DNA of 64,000 nt from a virus (IMGVR_UViG_3300046011_002684:1-64000), one strand, 5' to 3'; counted from the stretch's first letter, positions 9,771 to 16,750 are shown. Program-made: numbers and translations. Notes: generated from the sequence alone by a model not told the origin.

Positions 9771-9848
9771 TGGTGGCCCAAGCGGGATTCGAACCCGCGA
9801 CCGTGAGTTTTAGAGACTCGCGCTCTTACCAAGCTGAGCTATTAGGCC
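9771..9848 (-). tRNA. tRNA with CUA anticodon (amber suppressor)
   Basis: Canonical D and T arms, acceptor GGCCUAA/UUGGGCC, A73, loop CUCUAAA. Confidence 0.88.
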
Positions 9849-10115
9849 TTATTTCTCGCTACTACCAAAGAAGAAGTTAATGATAGTAGAAACCGCAGTA
9901 CCAAGCAAAAATCCTAGGATAATATTGGCAAAGTTTTCTCCCGCTGGTGGCACTGTAACGAATGTCACTGCAAAGAAATAAATGGCACTAATAATGCCCC
10001 AGAACCAAGCAAACCAATAGGTGAAGTGAACTGCCACTTTATCACCCTTTTTGACTAGTTCTGCATGTACATTCTTTAAAGACCCATCTTCGATAATTTC
10101 TTTATTTTCTTCCAT
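9849..10115 (-). CDS. small membrane protein, possible holin
   Basis: Two TM helices ending GFLLGTAVSTIINFFFGSS; about 1 kb from the endolysin. Confidence 0.5.
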   Translation of the reverse strand: MEENKEIIEDGSLKNVHAELVKKGDKVAVHFTYWFAWFWGIISAIYFFAVTFVTVPPAGENFANIILGFLLGTAVSTIINFFFGSSEK

Positions 10116-10143
10116 CTCGAACCTTCCTACTGTTTATCTATAA

Positions 10144-10208
10144 CAGGATCGTTTTGTCCGCTAAGACATCCAATACGATTTAGCGTTTTTGTTTGCTGAA
10201 CCGATCCT
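10144..10208 (-). ncRNA. Y-like small RNA, copy 2
   Basis: AGGAUCG-GUUC-AGCAA ... CGAUCCU-G with inner CGCUAA/UUAGCG stem; near-identical to 13897-13960. Confidence 0.7.
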
Positions 10209-10215
10209 AAATTTT

Positions 10216-10292
10216 TGGTCGGAGTAGAAGGATTCGAACCATCGACCTCTAGTACCCAAAACTAGCGCACTACCAAACTGTGCTATACTCCG
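10216..10292 (-). tRNA. tRNA-Pro(UGG)
   Basis: Cloverleaf, loop UUUGGGU, CCA. Confidence 0.93.
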
Positions 10293-10296
10293 ATAT

Positions 10297-10372
10297 TGGC
10301 TCCCTGACGTGGGCTCGAACCACGGACCCGATGATTAACAGTCATCTGCTCTACCAACTGAGCTATCAGGAA
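10297..10372 (-). tRNA. tRNA-Asn(GUU)
   Basis: Cloverleaf, loop CUGUUAA, G73, CCA. Confidence 0.95.
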
Positions 10373-10394
10373 ATAATCTTATTTTATATATGCG

Positions 10395-10613
10395 CTATTG
10401 AACGCGATATTCTACAATAATATCATCAATCATACCAATAGCAAGATTGACAGTTTCTTCGTCTACGTAACCCAATGCACCTTCGAGCATTCCAATCGTA
10501 ATTGCTTCTTCGATCTTTTCCCGATTTGCTTTACCATCTACCAAAGGAAGATGAAGTTCATTCAGGAGGATATCCAACGAAAGATCGGAAACGGAGACAG
10601 TTTGTACGTTCAT
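10395..10613 (-). CDS. hypothetical protein
   Basis: GAGG RBS, TAG stop. Confidence 0.6.
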   Translation of the reverse strand: MNVQTVSVSDLSLDILLNELHLPLVDGKANREKIEEAITIGMLEGALGYVDEETVNLAIGMIDDIIVEYRVQ

Positions 10614-10614
10614 A

Positions 10615-11019
10615 TTAGATCACCTCAGCGCGAAGATAGTTGATTGCATTGTCAAACATAGCTGCCATACGATAAGGCAAACCTTTACGATAGCAGATGG
10701 CACTACCACCGTACATCATATCGACGTCATCAAGTTCCAAACCCTGAACGATCCAGCGAACGGCATCTTCGCGCGAGCGAGCACCTACGTCGAGCGCGGT
10801 CGCGATTTCAAGCTCGAAAGAGTTGATAGCAGCGATCTGCTCTTGAGCTTCGCGATCCATAGTTTGAGCATGAACCTCGAGCAGATCATCCCACTCTGCC
10901 TGCTTTTCTGCGTCAGTAGCTTCGTTCCAGCACTGCCACCAGAAAGAGGTAGGACGCATGCCATAAGCTTCTTTGTGGAGGTCGGAGACGATCGTTTCAT
11001 CGAAAGTGTACATTGTCAT
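10615..11019 (-). CDS. hypothetical early phage protein
   Basis: SDLHKEAYGMRP motif; directly behind an early promoter and GAGG RBS. Confidence 0.7.
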   Translation of the reverse strand: MTMYTFDETIVSDLHKEAYGMRPTSFWWQCWNEATDAEKQAEWDDLLEVHAQTMDREAQEQIAAINSFELEIATALDVGARSREDAVRWIVQGLELDDVDMMYGGSAICYRKGLPYRMAAMFDNAINYLRAEVI

Positions 11020-11098
11020 GTTCCTCTGTTGATAAGAGTAATATAAGCTATATTACCTAGGATGTAAACCCCCTATTTTCATTTTCCTGAATTATTTT

Positions 11099-11175
11099 TG
11101 GCGGATGGAGTAGGAATCGAACCCACGACATCTTGGTCCCAAACCAAGCGCTATACCAAACTGAGCTACACCCGG
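11099..11175 (-). tRNA. tRNA-Pro(UGG) with irregular acceptor stem
   Basis: D, anticodon (UUUGGGA) and T arms intact; acceptor pairs only out of register; overlaps the radical SAM stop codon. Confidence 0.7.
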
Positions 11176-12650
11176 GAAATCTTATAATTTAATTTCTCTT
11201 CTCTATAAGATTTCCATATCTTTTCTTTTTTATATTTGACGAGCTCTCTCATCTCTTCGCCAAATCTTATATGTCTGAATTTATTTCTATCTACACCTAA
11301 ACTTAAAACTTCTGAAATTTGAACAGAGGTTCCTAAGTTATCCCTACACATATTGTTCAAACGATTAGATATTTGATAAGCTTCATCCCATGATTTTATT
11401 TCATATTTATTGTTAGTCCATTTACCAGCACCAGGTATAACACTATATCCATAAGAACTAGCTTCTTTTGTAAAGATACTGTTAAGATACTTATATGGTT
11501 CTAAGATATAAAGAGGTGTCCAATAAAAAGAATCTAGATATTCATGATCCTTATTCAGCTTAAGAAATTCCTGAAAGTATTCAGTAGTTGTTTGTTCTGT
11601 TTCACCAGGTAAACCTACGATAAAACCTGAAGATAAATGCAGATCCTTATTAAACTGTTTTACCCTATAAAGAAGATCTAAAATCTTTTCTGTAGTAAGA
11701 CCTTTGCCAATAGCTTTTCTTGACTCAGGATTAAACGTTTCAAGACCAAGTATTCCACCTATCCATCCCATATCAGACATAATTTTTACTTGATCGAAAT
11801 GAGTATTTAAGATTTCGTATCTTATATATGCAGTGAAAGTAATATCCACTCTTGATAGCTCAATAGCTTTTTTTATATTAAGTAGTTTCTCAGTACTCTC
11901 ATTCAGTGTGTCATCTGAAAAAACATAATGGTTGATACCGAATAAATCGTAGTTCCTTTTTAACTCATCCGCTAAATTTTCTACAGATCTTGTATAATCT
12001 GCTCTTTTCCTTCCAATAAGAGGGGAATAACAGAATTTACATTTAAACATACAACCACGAGATATCTCTACACTACCACCTTTAAAATATTTTAAAGGAT
12101 CATCAGGTTTCCAGATAGTAGTAAGGTTAGATGTATCTGTATATGGTAACACATTTGGAGATATTACATAATCAACGCCAGTAGAAAATTTCTCTGCTTT
12201 GTGCTTACTTGGTTTACCATCAAGGTGTTTAATATATTCTAGAAATGCTACTTCAGAATGACCATAGAAAACGATATCAATATATTTTGATTTTTGCGGA
12301 TGTTCCCCACAAAGAGTTTCATTAGGTTCTTGACTTCCAAAGACTATTTTCAAACTAGGAAAAGACGTTTTAATTTTTTTCAGTAAATCTGTACTGATAT
12401 TCTGAATTTTTTGGAATGTAACACTAAACCCAATAAATTTTAGATTCTCGTGGTAACGGTTTTTTATTAGTTGTAATATTTCTTCTTCTGTCCAAAAGTC
12501 AAACCAATCTATAATGTCGCAAGTATAACCATTTTCTTCTAGATAGGTTCTCATTCTATAAGGACCTAATTGTGGAGATTGGATATTTTCCCTTCTTGTC
12601 GCAGAAAAAGTAAATCCAGAAAAAATAATACCGTCCATAATCACCTTCAA
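11166..12650 (-). CDS. radical SAM protein with N-terminal B12-binding-like domain
   Basis: EISRGCMFKCKFC CxxxCxxC, SDDT, GLET, FIVGLPGET; N-terminal IGFSVTF; AT-rich. Confidence 0.85.
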   Translation of the reverse strand: MKVIMDGIIFSGFTFSATRRENIQSPQLGPYRMRTYLEENGYTCDIIDWFDFWTEEEILQLIKNRYHENLKFIGFSVTFQKIQNISTDLLKKIKTSFPSLKIVFGSQEPNETLCGEHPQKSKYIDIVFYGHSEVAFLEYIKHLDGKPSKHKAEKFSTGVDYVISPNVLPYTDTSNLTTIWKPDDPLKYFKGGSVEISRGCMFKCKFCYSPLIGRKRADYTRSVENLADELKRNYDLFGINHYVFSDDTLNESTEKLLNIKKAIELSRVDITFTAYIRYEILNTHFDQVKIMSDMGWIGGILGLETFNPESRKAIGKGLTTEKILDLLYRVKQFNKDLHLSSGFIVGLPGETEQTTTEYFQEFLKLNKDHEYLDSFYWTPLYILEPYKYLNSIFTKEASSYGYSVIPGAGKWTNNKYEIKSWDEAYQISNRLNNMCRDNLGTSVQISEVLSLGVDRNKFRHIRFGEEMRELVKYKKEKIWKSYREEKLNYKISRV

Positions 12651-12687
12651 TTTTATTGTTCTTTTAGATCCTGTTTCAGATCTTTAT

Positions 12688-12775
12688 TGGCGGATCGTCT
12701 GGGAATCGAACCCAGTGAACGATTGCTCGTTCTACAGATTAGCAATCTGCTGCATTACCATCCTGCCCACGATCC
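12688..12775 (-). tRNA. tRNA-Ser(GCU)
   Basis: Long variable arm, loop UUGCUAA, G73, CCA. Confidence 0.95.
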
Positions 12776-12776
12776 A

Positions 12777-13010
12777 TTAGTCTTCATCAGTTGCTTTGTA
12801 GAAGTCTTCCATCTTCTTTTCATGAATGGTCTTTTGGTCCCACCACTTACGTGGATTGCCACACACATAACAAGAGCATAGCGCAGGAGTATGAGCATAC
12901 ACTCCAACATCTGCATCAGTCAAATCACGAGCTCGATGTTTAGAGAAAAACTTCTGAACCCACTGCTTTTTCTTTAACTCTTGAAACCGGCGAAAAGCTC
13001 TATCACGCAT
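12777..13010 (-). CDS. hypothetical basic protein with CSCxxCGNPR motif
   Basis: GGAG RBS; Cys cluster. Confidence 0.7.
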   Translation of the reverse strand: MRDRAFRRFQELKKKQWVQKFFSKHRARDLTDADVGVYAHTPALCSCYVCGNPRKWWDQKTIHEKKMEDFYKATDED

Positions 13011-13032
13011 TAGACTCTCCTATACTATATAA

Positions 13033-13246
13033 CAGAATGTTTGGGGAAAGGCCAATTCAGTTTCACCTGCTTTGACCGGCACCTTGCCATACTCCCCATC
13101 AAAGATACACCCTGGTAACAGGTTTCTATCTATGCTTTTCGCCGCTAGCAGGCTATTTACCACCACGAGTGCCAAGGTTGGATGTATCTATGGTGGGGAG
13201 TACCGGAATCGAACCAGTAGTTTTGTTTTGTTGCTGTAAACATTCT
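13033..13246 (-). ncRNA. Y-like RNA, copy 3, with circularly permuted tRNA-like domain
   Basis: AGAAUGU-UUAC-AGCAA ... T arm (CUGG-UUCGAUU-CCGG), ACUCCCC-A-CCA, about 92-nt closed insert, GGGGAGU, D-like hairpin ... ACAUUCU-G. Confidence 0.7.
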
Positions 13247-13252
13247 AAATTT

Positions 13253-13329
13253 TGGTGCCCATGGAGGGACTCGAACCCCCAACATACGCGTTCTAAGCGC
13301 GCCGACTCTACCAGTTGGCCTACATGGGC
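13253..13329 (-). tRNA. tRNA-Leu(UAG), short variable arm
   Basis: Loop CUUAGAA, A73, CCA. Confidence 0.88.
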
Positions 13330-13336
13330 ATGTAGT

Positions 13337-13411
13337 TGGTGCGGAATAAAGGGATCGAACCTATGACCTTCTCCGTGTAAAGGAGTTGCTCTACCTCTGA
13401 GCTAATTCCGC
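13337..13411 (-). tRNA. tRNA-Val(UAC)
   Basis: Loop UUUACAC, CCA. Confidence 0.93.
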
Positions 13412-13631
13412 ATTATTGAATACGATGGAATAGTGAGCGACGGTAGCGACCCGTACCTCTTGCTAGTTTACGTGTTAAGACAACTAAGACTCTAACACAA
13501 CCATCGTAACTGGATAGTGTACGCCACCGCAATACATGGGTTATGCGATACCCTTGTTCTAGCCAATTAAGTAAGCATCTAGAATTACTGAATCGACACG
13601 TTGAACTCTGAATCTTTCACGTACACTAAAT

Positions 13632-13707
13632 TGGCGACCTGTACCGGGATCGAACCGGTGTTCTTCTGCGTGACAGGCAGACGTATTAACCACTTTACCA
13701 ACAGGCC
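13632..13707 (-). tRNA. tRNA-Asp(GUC)
   Basis: Loop CUGUCAC, G73, CCA. Confidence 0.95.
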
Positions 13708-13711
13708 AATT

Positions 13712-13795
13712 CTATTGCCAGGAATCTGATCCTGGACCATCACTATACCAGAGAATTGCTAATATAGCAACTACTATAACAGTACTGGTAATCAT
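13712..13795 (-). CDS. 27-aa single-pass membrane peptide MITSTVIVVAILAILWYSDGPGSDSWQ
   Basis: GGAG RBS, hydrophobic N-terminal half, TAG stop; below the ORF-track cutoff. Confidence 0.5.
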   Translation of the reverse strand: MITSTVIVVAILAILWYSDGPGSDSWQ

Positions 13796-13814
13796 TATAT
13801 GTTCTCCATTGTAT

Positions 13815-13888
13815 TGGTGGAAGTGAAGGGAATCGAACCCTCCGACAGCGATCTTGCAAGGATCACCCGTAACCCCATTACCACCCCC
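13815..13888 (-). tRNA. tRNA-Ala(UGC), non-canonical D arm
   Basis: G3:U70, A73, loop CUUGCAA, 6-bp anticodon stem. Confidence 0.82.
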
Positions 13889-13896
13889 AAATTAGA

Positions 13897-13960
13897 CAGG
13901 ATCGTTTTGTCCGCTAAGACTTTGCATATTGTTAGCGTTTTGGTTTGCTGAACCGATCCT
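13897..13960 (-). ncRNA. Y-like small RNA, copy 4
   Basis: Near-identical to 10144-10208 except the inner loop. Confidence 0.7.
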
Positions 13961-13966
13961 AAATTA

Positions 13967-14054
13967 TGGCGGAGAGTGTGAGATTCGAACTCACGGAACG
14001 TTGCCGTTCGACAGTTTTCAAGACTGCAGGCATAAACCACTCGCCCAACTCTCC
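13967..14054 (-). tRNA. tRNA-Ser(UGA)
   Basis: Long variable arm, loop CUUGAAA, G73, CCA. Confidence 0.95.
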
Positions 14055-14242
14055 ATATCTTTGCCAATCTGCACCCTCATGGCGGGTCTCCTAGCTATCT
14101 ATAACTCGTATTAAGCCCGAGGTTTCGCAATGTCTAGGACGTTGGCTTTTGTTTTAGACTGGGCTGTTTGCAGCTTTGACCTGCCGGCGATGACGGATCA
14201 GGGACACCTTCACAAGAGGTGATTACTTCTACAGTCTAAACT

Positions 14243-14320
14243 TGGTTGCGGTGGGGAGGAATCGAACCTCCGTAATCGGTTTATGAGACCGTGCTGGAAC
14301 CACCTCCAGTCTACCCCGCA
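14243..14320 (-). tRNA. tRNA-Met(CAU), initiator-like acceptor
   Basis: UGCGGGG/CC(A)CCGCA acceptor with a bulged A, loop CUCAUAA, CCA. Confidence 0.8.
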
Positions 14321-14427
14321 AAACTTCTGTTTTCAACTGCACCCCGATTGACCCTTCGCGGTAATCTCGTTACTGAGTGCTCGAGTGTGCATGTGAAAAC
14401 AGAAATTATTTCATTCTGTTTCTTCTT

Positions 14428-14443
14428 AATTGTCAAAGAGCGT
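14428..14443 (-). promoter_or_regulatory. boxA-like antitermination element
   Basis: ACGCTCTTTGACAATT just downstream of the promoter at 14487; identical 16-mer at 20034-20049. Confidence 0.7.
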
Positions 14444-14511
14444 TTGTTTGTTCTTATAGGAGTAATATAAGATATGTATCTATGATTGTAAACCCCCTAA
14501 ATGAACTTTTT

Positions 14512-14955
14512 TCATTCACACCATGATTTTTTTGCATCGCCATAGTATTCTCTAGCGTAACCTTTTTCGATCAACATAGCAGTTAAGCTATTGCCATCGA
14601 TGATTACGTCACCGAGTACACGACCACCAAACTTATCCCATTCATAGAGATTGATCTGGGTAGTCTTGGCGTTTGCAACAAGATCCTTTGTGAACTTGCT
14701 TGCAGCTGCACCTAGTTCTGCTTCCTTCTCACAGCTGGCACGTCCACCTTTTTCAGGTGTATCTACGCCCCAAACACGAACAGAAAGTTTTTTAGGCAAA
14801 GGTTCAATTAAGAATGGCGCTTCAATCTCAACAGTATCACCATCAATAATTCGAATAATCTTTAAATCGTGAATGACACCTTTCGGCTTCTTCACTTCGG
14901 CAATTGCACCAGATGCGACAAACATAAGTGCAATCGATAGTAATAATTTTTTCAT
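14512..14955 (-). CDS. thermonuclease (SNase-like) with signal peptide
   Basis: IIDGDT, VRVWGVDTPE, DKFGGRVLG; TATAAATA late promoter at 14981-14988. Confidence 0.9.
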   Translation of the reverse strand: MKKLLLSIALMFVASGAIAEVKKPKGVIHDLKIIRIIDGDTVEIEAPFLIEPLPKKLSVRVWGVDTPEKGGRASCEKEAELGAAASKFTKDLVANAKTTQINLYEWDKFGGRVLGDVIIDGNSLTAMLIEKGYAREYYGDAKKSWCE

Positions 14956-14993
14956 AGTATTCTCCTAACTAATGTTAGGTTATTTATACTAAA

Positions 14994-15092
14994 CAGGATC
15001 GCTTTCTTTGAGGGGGAATCGAACCCCCGACTTTTTCTTAGAAGGAAAATGTGCTACCATTGCACTATCAGATTTGTTGCGGCAACGATCCA
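14994..15092 (-). ncRNA. Y-like RNA, copy 5, carrying D, anticodon (UCU) and T arms
   Basis: UGGAUCG-UUGC-CGCAA ... GUGC/GCAC, UUUUC-CUUCUAA-GAAAA, GGGGG-UUCGAUU-CCCCC ... CGAUCCU-G; no acceptor stem, no CCA. Confidence 0.72.
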
Positions 15093-15103
15093 AATAGAGG
15101 AAG

Positions 15104-15121
15104 TTAGGCCCGAAGGCCTAA
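15104..15121 (-). terminator. cUUCGg hairpin after the Ro-like gene (stabiliser or weak terminator)
   Basis: UUAGGCC-UUCG-GGCCUAA. Confidence 0.55.
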
Positions 15122-15125
15122 CCAA

Positions 15126-16556
15126 TTAGTAGTTATAACGCTCGACGTTAAGAGCCTTTACCATAACATTGTATGGGGTGTAGTCCTCAAGGTCGTTCGC
15201 AAGAACGCTCTTCATGATAGCTGGGCTGAACCCAGAGATATGAGCAGTACCACGTTCGTCGAAACGAACTGGGGTGTTGCCATCTGCTTTACCATACATG
15301 GAAACGTTCCAGAAGACAATCTTCGGCACATTGTAGCCTGCATCGTTGTACTTACGCTTGATCATCTGCATAGCAGAGTCATCGTACTTAGTGCAAGAGT
15401 CAAACTGCATGTCAGATAGAATCAACAGCATCTGAGGCATGTCACTTTCTGCAACGTTACCCTTAACAGCGATCTTAAGAATCTCGTCAAAAGCAGCGTG
15501 TAGATTGGTGTTCATTTCCCAGTTGGCGCGGCTCATCTGAGTCATCTTCTGAGACAGAGTACCTTTCAGGTGTTCCATCTTAGGCTTACCAGAGAAGGTC
15601 AAGAACAGGTCCTTGAAGTCGCCGGTGTTCTTATCAGCACAGTACAGACCCAGAGAGACTGCAATGTCGATAGGAGAAAGCTGACTTCCGTAAGAGTAAC
15701 CGAGGCTACCCATAGAACCAGATACGTCGACCATAGGCATGATCTTCGCATCGCCGATGTAGTTAGGCAAAGCCTTCCACTGTTCATCAGCAACTGCTGC
15801 ATTACCCTTCACGACAGACTTAACTACGTCATATGGATAAACTGCACCGGCGTTGATCTTGACCTTAGGATCTGCACGTTCAGCAACAGGCTTTTTCAGT
15901 TCGGCAATGTAAGCAGAGTATGCTTCTTTTGCGTTACGACCGAAAGCTTTCTGGTAGCGAGCGGATGCCACGGAAGGAACGTGAGAGAAGTTGATAGCTT
16001 CCCACTCCTTAGCACACATCTTAGACTCAACAACGTTGGTCAAGCCTACGATCAGCTTACGATACTGTTTTGGAGTAAGTTCAAGGAACTTAGTCAGTTC
16101 AACAGCAACAGGACCTTTACGTGGCATCCACTTCGCGCAGAGACCGTCCTGGTTTGCTAGCGCTTCACGAATGAACGCAAACGCCTTACGACGGTTGAGA
16201 GGATCTTTGTAAGTGAACAAATCATCCCAACGGCCAAGCTCTGGAACTTTGTGCATCAGCTTACCAGCAAGAGTTGGGTCGGTGGACTCAAGCGCAGCAA
16301 GCAAGTTACGGAAGGTAGCACGTTCGCCAGCACCTCCGCGAATGTCACGAGCCCAAAGCAGCATACGGACAGTCAGATCAAGGTTCTCAGTCATAGAAGC
16401 AACGAACTGCTTGGAGATATCAGAACCCCGAGCGGAACCAATAACGCCGAACAAGTCAAGCACCTTGGACTTGGAAGTAGCATTAGCCTTCATACCGTTA
16501 GCGGTACGAGCGGGCTTAGAGTAGTTAGCATTTTTAACTGCGTTTACAAAAGACAT
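15126..16556 (-). CDS. Ro60/TROVE-like protein with C-terminal vWA domain (DUF2828-type)
   Basis: RDIRGGAGER, GRWDDL, AKWMPR, VPSVA helical region; MIDAS DVSGSM, TNL and LSDMQFD; IVFWN. Confidence 0.8.
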   Translation of the reverse strand: MSFVNAVKNANYSKPARTANGMKANATSKSKVLDLFGVIGSARGSDISKQFVASMTENLDLTVRMLLWARDIRGGAGERATFRNLLAALESTDPTLAGKLMHKVPELGRWDDLFTYKDPLNRRKAFAFIREALANQDGLCAKWMPRKGPVAVELTKFLELTPKQYRKLIVGLTNVVESKMCAKEWEAINFSHVPSVASARYQKAFGRNAKEAYSAYIAELKKPVAERADPKVKINAGAVYPYDVVKSVVKGNAAVADEQWKALPNYIGDAKIMPMVDVSGSMGSLGYSYGSQLSPIDIAVSLGLYCADKNTGDFKDLFLTFSGKPKMEHLKGTLSQKMTQMSRANWEMNTNLHAAFDEILKIAVKGNVAESDMPQMLLILSDMQFDSCTKYDDSAMQMIKRKYNDAGYNVPKIVFWNVSMYGKADGNTPVRFDERGTAHISGFSPAIMKSVLANDLEDYTPYNVMVKALNVERYNY

Positions 16557-16568
16557 AATATTTCCTTT

Positions 16569-16655
16569 CAGGTTGGGTTTACGGATTCGAACCGCTAAGT
16601 TTGTTTACAAGACAAATTGGGAACCATTCCCGGGTTTAGTTGCTGAAACCAACCT
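16569..16655 (-). ncRNA. Y-like RNA, copy 6, carrying D, anticodon (UGU) and T arms
   Basis: AGGUUGG-UUUC-AGCAA ... GGGA/UCCC, UUUGU-CUUGUAA-ACAAA, GCGG-UUCGAAU-CCGU ... CCAACCU-G; abuts the RBS of the Ro-like gene. Confidence 0.72.
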
Positions 16656-16673
16656 ATGGTTTCATAGTTTAAT

Positions 16674-16750
16674 CAGGATCGCGCCTTTCGGCTTTCCGTT
16701 TGATTACAAGTCAAATGCTCTAACGAGCTCTAAGATGCTGTAACGATCCT
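16674..16750 (-). ncRNA. Y-like RNA, copy 7, carrying D-like and anticodon (UGU) arms
   Basis: AGGAUCG-UUAC-AGCAU ... GCUC/GAGC, UUUGA-CUUGUAA-UCAAA, GCC-GAAA-GGC ... CGAUCCU-G. Confidence 0.7.

Noticed and set aside
9771-9848. Pyrrolysine tRNA or genome-wide UAG recoding
   Set aside because: Canonical D and T arms and A73 do not fit tRNA-Pyl, no pylS is seen, and ORFs are intact in the standard code with TAG used as stop.
13716-13790. Hairpins as another ncRNA
   Set aside because: Better explained by an RBS-supported 27-aa membrane peptide ORF (13712-13795).
14512-14955. SNase as the nuclease partner of the Ro-like RNP
   Set aside because: It has a signal peptide and its own late promoter, so it is probably exported; adjacency alone is insufficient.
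15570-16598. Several plus-strand ORFs over the Ro-like gene
   Set aside because: Antisense shadows of a well-supported gene.
8997-16750. CRISPR array interpretation of the repeated elements
   Set aside because: Copies are dispersed, irregularly spaced and conserved in pairing more than sequence; no cas genes in the window.
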